Positions 14,160-24,770 of a DNA stretch of 64,000 bases are shown in pieces. The stretch lies in the NCBI GenBank assembly GCA_964304625.1, contig OZ199840.1, positions 51,595 to 115,594 of the forward strand, written 5' to 3'. The stretch is from Kudoa neothunni (taxonomy: Eukaryota; Animalia; Cnidaria). The first letter of the stretch is position 1. The number at the start of each line of letters is the position of its first letter. The notes under the pieces are model-generated. The model was given only the letters and a program-made list of their open reading frames with translations. It ran no database searches and was not told the DNA's origin. A program made the translations under genes and the position numbers.

Positions 14160-14929
14160 TGGTGCAATTTTACAATAAGCTTGGGCCTGCGCACAAGGCG
14201 GGTTTATAGATTAGTTTAGTTTGTGTAGGTACTAATTCAATTTTTAGATGAAATATATATATTATTGATTGAGAGAATTTTTTTGAATATCTAATGTTTC
14301 GATTGAGATGTATTTTGATTGTAAATTTTTGTTATACGTTCTTATATATGTTGAGTTTCTGTTTAATATTTTTTTTGAAGGTGTATTTGGAAAATATGAA
14401 CTTAATTTTAAGGTCATTTATGCGTGTTCAGGGAAGATTAATAAATTCATTAACTTTAATATTGAAATATGAAGGGGGCGGATTAAATATAGTTGAACTT
14501 TCCAGATTATTTATGAAATTTAAAAAATTATTTTCATAAATATAATTAATTAAGGGGATAATTGATAGATACAGCGTTGAATATAACAAGGAGAAATAAA
14601 ATAAAGGTCTATTATAAAATGATAATTATGTTCTTATCAGTTTTGTTAGTATATTTATATTGAGGTGATTAATTATAATTAATATTTCTTAGATTGATTG
14701 TAATTTTTAGGACGAACTTTAGGATTTTGCTATTTTATACCTTAGTGGTATTATAATCACGTGAGGAAGAGAAATATTCATAAAAGACTAAAAATTTAAT
14801 TATACTATACTATTAAAAAACAAAAATAGTTATTTATAAATAAAAATGTTTTGAAAATATAACACTATTAGCTGTATAATCTAAATTTCTATGGTTAGAT
14901 TTTAGGGTAATAATTCATAAATATAGGGT

Positions 14930-17900
14930 TTAATTTTTCTTCTTGAAAACCATGAAACCAATAGCACCCATGATCATAGCACCAATAGCTGCCACTGCAA
15001 TTATTCTAAAATAATATTAGTTAAATTGTAGGAACATAATAAAGTAATACATGACCATGGTTTTAGAACTAAATAAAAAATTTAATTATTTTAAAAATAT
15101 TAATTAATAAACCTTGAACTGCTTTTGGCTCCTAAAAGTTACAATTTAAATTATTTTCGAAGTAATAATGCTTTACCTTGCTCAATCGTAGCCGTCCCAT
15201 AAACTGTTTTATCGGTGGAACTGTACACAGTCAAGTGATAATTGTTGCCATCTGCTAATCCACTGATAGTGAATGATTTGCATGAAGGGTACGTTCTACA
15301 TCCATTGTCATTTCGTCTCATGCATTTTTTAATAATTGCAATCGATTTGGTACTCGCATTACGTAATTCCCACTTACATTTGGATTTTTCATTAAGACTA
15401 GATGGTAGGGTGTTTTCTATAACAAATGATTCACCGTCCCTTGTTATGGTCACATATATTATTTTGTCGTTTTCTGTGGGATTCCCCTTTGGAGCGGCTA
15501 TTTATTTTAAATATTAATATGATGATAATATCGAAAATATTTTTACTAGCTACTAAAGTAATTTCATTTCGCTCTGATTTTCCCACTGCAGTAATAGACA
15601 CTTTATACTCTTCATTTGCATCATAGTCGTTGAATTTAATAGAACTGCACAATGGAAATGAGGAGCATGTGTTTGAATTGGCCGGGCTCGCAGTTGTATC
15701 GACTGTCGTAGTTGGAGTGACATCTGTATCAGTTTCAGTTTCAGTAGGGGTATTAGATTCAGCTCTTGCAATTTTTAATTCATTAATTTCTGATTTTAGA
15801 CTTTGAATTTGACTAGTACCAGTTTGTGGTTGGTCGGTATTAGAATTGGATTCGGCTGGTGAGCTTGGTGGAGTATTTTGAGTTTCTGGTGCAGCTGCCG
15901 GTGTCTGTGATGCTTCGCAGACGTAAACATCTTCAAACTCATCATCTTTTTTTATTTGGATTGTATAATGGCAAATGGCTTCTGGGACTTTTTTGGACAA
16001 TTGTGCATTTAATTCCAATCCTTGTTCAGTGTATTTTTGAGTTATTCTCAAGGTTGCCAGATCTAGATTGAGTTGAATAAGTTAATATTTTGATATATAT
16101 ACTCGTCGTAACATTTTCATATATGTGTTCCTTGTAATCCTTATCAGCAATGGCCTTAACGTCGTAAGAAGTGTTTGGTTCGAGATCAACAATAGTTATT
16201 GGTTCTCTACATCTTCCTCTACAGGGATTGGTTTCAGTACATTTAGCGGTGTAAAATGTATTTTTCCCAGTTGGACTTACGTAATACTCACAGTTTGGCT
16301 CTTCATTTTTATTTGTCTTTGCGTCGCCTCCAATAGCAGTTAGTGTAGTGGTTGATTCTGTTTTAGTAGGGGCGGTTACTTGAAAATTTTTATTATCCTC
16401 ATTATCTTGTAAATATTATTAGTTAAGTTAATATTAAATTTTTCGTTATTACTTGTTCTTATAAGTATTTGTTCTTTGAAGGAAGTTGGATCTGCTATGC
16501 CACTGGATTCAATTTCGATGATGTACGGTTTTCCCGGAGCTAGCCTTTGAATTACTAATTTTTCGCAATCAGTTTTGCAATCATTAGTACTACCACCACT
16601 CTTTTTAGTGGCCGCGTCACACGTAGTGGTTGATGCAGTGTGTTTAATTTTGTCAGCAGAGTAATGCTTGAGCGTACAACTAGTGAATTTAGGTTCTGAT
16701 GATGGATTTAAAAATCTCCCATCAAACGTTAAACCTTGTTTCGTATAAACAGATAATAATCCAACTCCAGTCTCAGATATTGCTAAAAAATTTATAAATT
16801 AACATCGAATTAAATAAATTACGAAATTTTTTTTGAGAAAATCCATCTAAATCACTAAGAGAAGTTTTTGAAAGATCGTGATTTCTGGTTTGAATTAGAA
16901 CATTATATATCTCTTTTTCTGCTGTTACAGTAAGCTCAACGTCTTTGCATGGTGCGTAACACTTTCCTGCAGTATTTCCACACTTTGATTCAAACGTATC
17001 AACCGATGCCGCACTTTTACCGCCTTTAATATTGAAAACGCAGATTTCAGACGACAATGTCAAATCTGTAAATTTAAGAACAACTTGATTAGGAGCTCCT
17101 GTCTTTTTAATCACATAATACTGAGGCTCGTAAATGGCCATGTTATCCTTCATATATGCATTTGGCATATTATAGAAGAAGCTTGGATAATTCAGACACC
17201 TTACTTCATAATGTGGGATCAATAAATCAAATTCAACATCATTCTCTGTGTTGTCCGCGTCACATGTTCCTCCAGCGGTACCCGCGTTGAATTGTGCGTC
17301 TTTATAGTGAATTGAGCAACCAACTGGAGGGCAAGTTTTAGTTAAGAGTTTTAGTTTTTTGCTCCCATCAACAGATATTGTTGCTTGGGGATTTATCAGC
17401 AATGCTAAATTTAATGATGATTTACCGATTAAAAATTATTTCAATTACGTATGGCCAAACCAAATACTTTCCCACCTTTGGGATAAGTCTCAGCTTTGGC
17501 AGCATTCGTATCAGTACTATCGAATACATATATGTATTTTGTTCGTGGGGTGAGTTTATTATATGTTTCTTTACTAGCTTGACTATTGCAATCTATCACA
17601 CATTTGGTGTTACTATTAGTACTATCGTACCCGGGACAGTTTTCGATTTCTACTAAGCCAGCTGCTGATGTTGAACCGAAACTGTTTGCGGATGCATTGG
17701 ATATCAATATACGACACTTTTTTCCAACGCCATAACTTGATCCGTCAAGTATATGTTTTACTTTATTTGATTTAGTAGCATCCTCGTATTCGATTTGGTA
17801 TTTGAGTGTTGCTGTGGAAGTAGACGCAGCTGGAGTTCCCGATACTGTTGCATTTTTAATCATACAAAAGAATGCGATTTGAATGACTAATAAAAATTCA

Positions 17901-17959
17901 TGATTGATAATAAGAAAATAAATACATAAGAGGCAATGCAAAAATTTATCCATAGTCAT
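14930..17959 (-). CDS. Cys-rich FN3-like repeat type I membrane protein, array copy 1 (A-type 3' flank), apparently intact, 878 aa
   Basis: Ten exons: 17959-17926, 17886-17449, 17404-16823, 16782-16453, 16405-16103, 16062-15547, 15497-15177, 15131-15113, 15068-15051, 15005-14930. They join in frame (2637 nt) with GT-AG introns of about 39-49 nt. Hydrophobic N-terminus MTMDKFLHCLLFIQIAFFCMIKNA; FN3-like motifs LTPRTKY, LAPGKPY, LEPNTSY, GLADGNNY; TM MVIIIAVAAIGAMIMGAIGFMVF; tail KKKN. Confidence 0.88.
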
Positions 17960-18016
17960 ACTAAAAGGTAAAATAAAACAACAAATAGTACTGAATAAAT
18001 GAATACTATAATTAGC

Positions 18017-18320
18017 CGATACATGTATCGAATAAAAAACCTATTGAAACGACGATATACTTAAAGTCTTAATTCTTATTTACTATTAAATTAATAATTA
18101 TGAATTTAATATAGTTATTAAAATGCTGAAAATTGCAAATTGAAACAATTATTTTATTATATAGCTCAAACAAATTCTATAATACTTATTATCTCTTGTT
18201 CAATCCGCCATAATAAAGGCAAGGAAAAAAATTAATGGGTGGAACCAACTCTTACTGGATTAAATAATGAGTTAAATAATGTTAAACTTCATAAACGATA
18301 TTTACATTGACGTCATGTAA
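18017..18320 (-). promoter_or_regulatory. Conserved upstream region of the array genes, with a 14-bp palindrome CGATACATGTATCG and a CRE-type TGACGTCA
   Basis: Palindrome at 18017-18030 and TGACGTCA at 18308-18315. Both are kept at equivalent positions upstream of copies 1-5. Regulatory function is inferred. Confidence 0.45.
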
Positions 18321-18413
18321 GGTCATCCCAGGTATAAATAATATGAATAATTGGTAAAAATATTTATTCTTCTTCATTACGAATAAATAATCATCTAGAT
18401 AAATATAAATGTT

Positions 18414-19255
18414 GGCAGTGTCTATTGGCCCGAATAAATTGTTTTATTTAATTATCGAGCTTTTTATTATAGTAAATCTATTTTGTCTGACATAAAACAA
18501 CTTGAAATTGTTTACGTAATTTTATTTTCGAAGCATATCGGACAAAAATATTTTGTATAATGTAATAAGGTTTCGATTAAATGGTCCGAAAAAACTCATT
18601 TTATTGAGTTTATGAGTTATTTATTCAAATGAACATTCTTAGTTGTAATTTAATATGTAAGTATCTAAGTAATTAAAATTTTAAATTGTAACGCGCGTTA
18701 ATTTTATTGTATTTATCCCTTAATGGTGCAATACAAAATTATTCTAAAAAAATGTAAGATTTTTCATAAGAACACAATAAAGATAAAGTATGCAGTTGTT
18801 ATTTTTCAAGATATTTGGTTATAATAAAAGAAAAAGTTTTTGAAGGATTTGTTCAATTTATGTTCACACAAATCGTACAGAAAAATGAATCGACGATGGA
18901 TAATTATATAGAAGCAACTACTGAGAAATGCAATTGTCCCTTTCGTCTTTGCATGGAACTGCCATGTCGTCACATTTTCTAGGTGCGGAAAAAACAAAAC
19001 CTTCCTCTTTTTGATAAATGTTTGTGCTTGAAGAGATGGACAAGGGAGTATTTTGTTGAAAATTCTGAACTGGCCGATGTTTATGAAACAAATAATAGTT
19101 CATCAGAGAATGGTTTGATTGCTATAAATTCATTACCAAAAACTACTGTATATTCAGAGAATAGACAATTTAATGAAGCTACTAAATTGATGGAAGATGT
19201 AGCCGCAAGAATTTCAGAAAAAAACTGGATCTGATTATGAATATTGGATCAATAA
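18414..19255 (+). mobile_element. Mutator-like (MULE) element, left part with SWIM zinc-finger remnant, right-truncated
   Basis: Left TIR GGCAGTGTCTATTGGCCCGAA is the same as in the 54462 element. Remnant translation CNCPFRLCMELPCRHIF...KRWTREYF matches the SWIM CxC..CxH pattern of MULE transposases. Confidence 0.75.
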
Positions 19256-20092
19256 ACTGGATGATCAGAATAATTTTAATCCAGTTAAAGTTTTAAAACA
19301 TAATTGTTTTTTGCAAAAATATTAATCAGGAAAATGAAAACACATTCCACATGTCAAAAATTTCATTCAATAATCCCTATACTCGGAATCATATCGCCCA
19401 TTGTATTTCCAATCTAAAGAAGTATTAAGTGTAGACAACAATCAAAAAACTATCCTTATTTAAAGCTAAAATATTTTATAGTATTTTTTATTAGATTACT
19501 GCGACTTCAACATTATTGCGAGACAATTATTACAATGTAATTTGTATCCGAGCGATACTACAGAACGTTAGCTTGAAATAATGACAAAATATTGTTTTTT
19601 AGTATTGAAAATCAAAATCAAAATCCTCTTGAATATGTAATAAGTCATAAATATATATTAAACATGCATTTATCAATTAAAAACTGTTTCATCAATGATC
19701 ATTGTAACCTTATGTACCGTAAACAATCGCATATTATAGGTCGCATCCAAATTTTTGGCGTGTAAATTGGGGGTTTTCAATAGACCTACAGATCGGTCGT
19801 TCTGGAATTTTAGATGTTGAACGCCATCCATAAAAATAAATATTCTGTTGTATTTAGCTTCATTTAAAAAATCTTCTTGTAAATATTGGAATTCTTTTAA
19901 GATAACTACAAATTAAAGACTATAAACATAATTAAAATAAAAGATTTTATTCCTTTATAATATGATCAGTTGTTATTAAATGTCAGCAGAACTAGACCCT
20001 GAGAATTCATCATTATTATTATTATCACTTTCAGGATTCAGCAACAGTTGGTCGTTTGATATTACATTGTCATTAGTGACCATATCACAGTA

Positions 20093-20635
20093 CATTCAAA
20101 CCCGAATTATCCAGAAAATTTGGGGCCGGCGAGGTTCCAGATAACCGAACATAAACAATTTTGTTCTCGCGCGCATTTTTTAAATTTCTACTTAAAGGAT
20201 TCTTTACTTGATTAATAATCAATTTTTTACTATTTATATAATGAAATTTTTTAATTTCTTACACTTAAATTAAAAATGTTGACATATCTATTAATGAAGA
20301 ATATGGAGACTTAAAGGAAAAATAATACATAATAATGGCAGTTTTTACACGTCTACAGAGGAGTAACCTATTTTTTTAAATAATAGATAATTAATTTTTG
20401 TTTATTATATCTACAGGCATGTGTTTAGATATAGTAAAAATCCATATAAGAACCGGATGCTTAATTGAAATTTTAAAAGAAAAATTAATTAATAAATAAC
20501 CTAGAAATGCCTTTATTTTAAATATTGTATGGTATATATGCTACATTGTATATGTCATACGGTGATGGGTGCTACTTTTATTCGGAAATGTGATTAAACA
20601 ATTATTCCGGTTTCCGGATAATCGAGATTCGGCTG
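20093..20635. mobile_element. pogo/Tigger-type MITE
   Basis: TA-flanked imperfect TIRs: CATTCAAACCCGAATTATCCAGAAA at the left and TTTCCGGATAATCGAGATTCGGCTG at the right. Truncated copies start near 29840 and 49466. Confidence 0.6.
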
Positions 20636-20639
20636 TAGT

Positions 20640-21810
20640 AATTCAACTCAACATCAGTTATGCCAGTTGTAATATTTTAATCATAAAACTCACTTTCCTT
20701 CATGCACGAGTTTGGAGTACTTATGTCGGTTTTTCCGTCCTCTATCTCCTTTATACTTGAGAGAGACAATTCTTTATACAGAATATAACTTTCATTTCCG
20801 TCTATAACGCCGAAGCTACCACATTTTTTAAATCATTTAATTATCAAAGTATTCGACAAATTATCTAAGGCATTTTCACCCATCCCACAACTAAGCGCGA
20901 TTCAGGTTTCTTAATTGTATCATTTTTAGTGGTGGGTTTTTTACCAGATATCATCCAAGATGCCACTATTTTCGAGTCTAACCTTTGAGTGGATCAATGA
21001 TTAACACATCCCATATTAGAAGACTTCAAGGGTTAAGAAAACTCCTGCTTTTTTCATCCATACTTCATCGAACCAATATTTAGTTAGATTTTCATCCATT
21101 CATCGTTTAGGATGTATTTTTAGAATAACACATAACAGGAAGACTCCTTTGGTATTTTTTCTATTTAATGATAATTATTGGACGCAATTTTTTCACTTAA
21201 GCTTGGTAGACTAATATAACAATATAATGTTGTCTCTCATGCTCTTATGTTTTCAAAACAACAATTTTCCGATCCTGTCAATCGTAGTGTTTCCCGGTAT
21301 ACCAATATACTTCGGAGTATCGCCTATGTTCGCAATGTTTGTTTGTAAAAATCATACATTTTGCACTCTTTCGACATAAACAATAAAATATGTACTTCTT
21401 CATCAATTACTTCCGACAGCTTTTGCATAATGTAAATTTTTTGCCGTTGTTCCAACCCAAACCTACTAGTGAATCTAGTACAACACCCTGGTGAAGACAT
21501 GGATTGAGGAATGTTGTATATTGGGCTAACTGAAAAGATTTGGTTCTTATTGAAAGTCTTGTCACAATAGGCCCATATTATATTAATTCCAAAACTCATT
21601 CAAACAATTCATTTTTAATTTTTTTATATTGAGATACTAAAAATCTGGCTTACTTGTTCGGTTTTGGTATTTCTTTAAGATTATCTTTTCGCTTTCTCCA
21701 TCGTCTTATTAACTCTCGTGAAACTCCAATCTCTTTTCTCACAAATCTAAATTCATGTTTCTCTGCATGGCATACCATTTTTAATTCATAACTGTCTTAT
21801 TGACTCTTTG
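20640..21810 (-). mobile_element. Decayed pogo (POGK-like) transposase
   Basis: Minus-strand fragments YELKMVCHAEKHEFRFVRKEIGVSRELIRRWRK (HTH), RFTSRFGL, NIGDTPKY.IPGNTTIDRIG and WMDENLTKYWFDEVW resemble POGK-type DDE transposases; many stops and frameshifts. 5' fragments recur at about 43596-43680 and 62586-62830. Confidence 0.7.
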
Positions 21811-22081
21811 TTTACCCATGACAAGGATTTACAAGTATCAAAGACGAGTGCTCAAATTATCGTAAAGTTCTCTTTGATCCAAATGTAAAGAGTTTTGTGA
21901 TAGTACTGATAAAGAATATTAAATATGATCATAATTTTGTTACGAAACTGATACATTACGTATGTTCTACAAAATGTTGCAATCAGACCTACACAGAACA
22001 TGAAAACGTAACCAGACAACGTGTAAAGAAAGAATCAAATATGTTACTCTATACATAATATAGATGCCTTAACTCCGGTTG

Positions 22082-24328
22082 TAAGGTTTAAGATCGGTTC
22101 GGTTTTTGTAAAAACCGAAATTTGAAATTCTTGTTAAGTATTTATCATATTCTAAACAAAGAAAACTTTTTAATGTATTGAATGAGTATATAATTTTCGT
22201 GGAATTGCACGTGTTTTAACGGTGATAAAATTGGTAAAAAATGGTGAGCGCTATTTGGAATTTTTTTGTTAAACTAGCCGATGAGAAGGCAACATGCAAA
22301 AAGTGCAATGCTGTACTTGTTTGCAAAAAAGGCTCAACGAGCACACTTCGTTCGCATGCCAAGACGCATGTGATTGATTCAAAATCAAAGTTATTCAGCA
22401 TTATTAATATTTTTAAATAAAAATTATAATCGTTCAAACGCAACCTATAATTAACAATTTTGTCAACAAAGATCTCTGGGAGTCAAATCTTGACTCAGTT
22501 ATCGCGAGACTGATTGCTGTCGACAATATTCCAATTTGGAAAATTGCCAGCAGTGTAACTTTAAGAAAATTGCTCAAAAAGGCACATGAAAAAGAAGTTC
22601 CAGTGTCCTATGACGCAATTTTTAATTCAATGATCATTGTGGAAAACTCAATGACAATGAAAATTAAAAAAATCATTGCTGGGTCAAACTCAAGGCCTGT
22701 ACTCTGTTGTGACGAGTGGACATCAAGGTCAAATAAACGTTTCCTTAATATCCAAGCCTATTTCGAGGGGAAAAAAATCTCTCTTGGTGTAGCAAGAGTG
22801 ACAGAAAGATACACAGGCGTAGAATTGGCTTCATTAGTAAATAAACAACTCTGCAAATTTGGAGTTAATTTGTTATGTGCACTGATGGAGCTTCGAACAT
22901 GGCAAAATGTACGTATGAGTTGGGGTTTCGGCGGATAAAATGCATGCTTCACGGCCTAAATTTGGGTAACCGTGTTGTCAAGTGACAATCCTAGAATAAC
23001 TTAACTTATAGCTGTTAAAGACATAATGTACAAAGAAACCTATAGTTTTCAGATAGAAAATACGGGAATGATAACGGAAGAGCTGGAATCTGATGAATTA
23101 GAATTTGATGAGCAGGAGTTTGTTCTTATGTCCAACTTTTTTGATGCTGTTTCTGGGGTCAGGTCAATTATCAATTTTTTTTCAAGATCTGGATTGGCTT
23201 CCGACACATTAAGGAAGTCGTGTGAGGAAAAAGGAATACAATATTTATCTCTAAACATTGATTGTGTCATAAATTGGTCCAGCTTATATCAAATGTTGAT
23301 AAAGTTTGTTCAAATGTACCAGGCAATAGAGCATACTTATTCTATTCTGGAAAAGGAATTATCAGTAAATAAGGACGAAATAATTTTCATCAATGTAATT
23401 ACTTAAATAATATTTTTATGAATGGTTTACAATAAAGGAACTAACATCATCCCCTGAAATTGTACATCGAGTTGTTCTTAAATTGTCTGAGTCGGTTATT
23501 AATTTGACGCCATGTGATTTTATATTGACAGGCGCAATAAATGAACTCACACATATTGAGGTATCAATTGCATCGAAATTAAAAGAAAGCGTCATCAAGC
23601 GCTGCAAAGAATGACGGACAATATTGTCGGACATTTTTTTGAATCCAAGTTTTGATTCAAAAATCTGTGACAAAAGCTTTTTCTACAAAAGAACGTCACG
23701 TTTTGAGATAGTGGAAGCGATAAACTTTGTTAAAACAGTTGATCAAATTGAAATTGTAGCCTCTGAGTCTAATTTGGACTTAGAAGACTTGATAATTTAC
23801 GTTTCCGAGCCCACGCGCATAAAACTTACCGACTCAAATGAAATCCTCAATTTTACATGTCATGGCGTGATGACAGATCGCTTAGAAAGAGTTCGAAAAG
23901 CCCTTTCTAACATGACCCAAAAGCATTGATTCCGAAATATGTTTTTCCTTGTGTAATCACATCATAACCCCACTTAGAATAAGATTGAGCGATTCAAAAC
24001 TCGACACTATCGTGTTTATTTATGAAGATCGAAATAATTAATTTTTGTTTGATTCCAATGATATTTGTTGTGATGCATTATGTAGAATTCTAACATAAAT
24101 AAACTATAACCACTTTTAAAAGGAAGGATCTATCATATTTAAAGAATTAAATTTTTTAAAAAGAGAATACAAAATTAATTAAGCTGTAAGATAATTTTAA
24201 ACCTTTTTTTAAAAGTATGTTTAAGAATGAATAGTTTATATTTATATTTTTTATAACTCATTAAATATTTCTTCTAAATAATTTAAAAAAATAACAAAAA
24301 ACCGAAAACCGAACCGAATTAAACCTTA
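22082..24328 (+). mobile_element. hAT DNA transposon with disrupted transposase
   Basis: TIRs TAAGGTTTAAGATCGGTTCGGTTTT and AAAACCGAACCGAATTAAACCTTA. BED finger (IWNFF...CKKC...GSTSTLRSHAKTH), CDEWTSRSNKRFL, CMLHGLNL, NWSSLYQML and C-terminal dimerisation motif SE..FSLCNHIITPLRIRLSD. Empty sites in the paralogous flanks at about 43940 and 63090. Confidence 0.92.
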
Positions 24329-24770
24329 GTTGTAAGCAGTGTGAGATATAAAAGGATTTTAAATGAATATATTATTAGTAGCATCAGATTTAACATAACG
24401 TGGATCGGTAGGATCACTTCATATTCGATTTGTGCAGAGAACACCTTACCAAAGTTTAATATACTCAGTTTTCTACTTGAATCTAAGTATGCGCACAATT
24501 ATAGTAACATTTTCGGAAAAGTTAATGTCAATCTTCAAAGGATGGTCCATAAATAGATCGCTCCCATATTTTTTGACCAAATTTTCGGTAAAAAATTGGC
24601 GACCTAAATGCGAGTATACACAATAAATATTAAATCATATTATTTGATTTAAACACTTAATAGTTTTAATTGTTGACAAATAAAAGCGTGGTTAAAAATA
24701 TTGGAGCATAAATTAGATAATCGAAATTTCTCTAACTAGATAGTAGGGAGAAATTCGTAAATATGGACTT

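Noticed and set aside
14294-14539. 81-aa plus-strand ORF divergent from GCP2
   Set aside because: Low-complexity F/L/I-rich translation of AT-rich intergenic DNA, with no motif support.
15242-16343. Plus-strand ORFs repeated over the array genes (e.g. MLPSANPLIVNDLH, MSLVEYFEFL)
   Set aside because: Antisense shadows of conserved minus-strand exons; their recurrence simply reflects the duplication.
14930-17959. Naming the array gene as a known FN3 antigen or receptor (e.g. cestode EG95/45W, cytokine receptor, Dscam)
   Set aside because: Only generic FN3-like motifs are shared; the Cys pattern, size and tail differ, and no search could be run.
19400-20085. Coding-looking minus-strand stretch in the spacer (also at about 29150-29830 and 48770-49460)
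   Set aside because: Multiple stops in all frames and no recognisable family motif.
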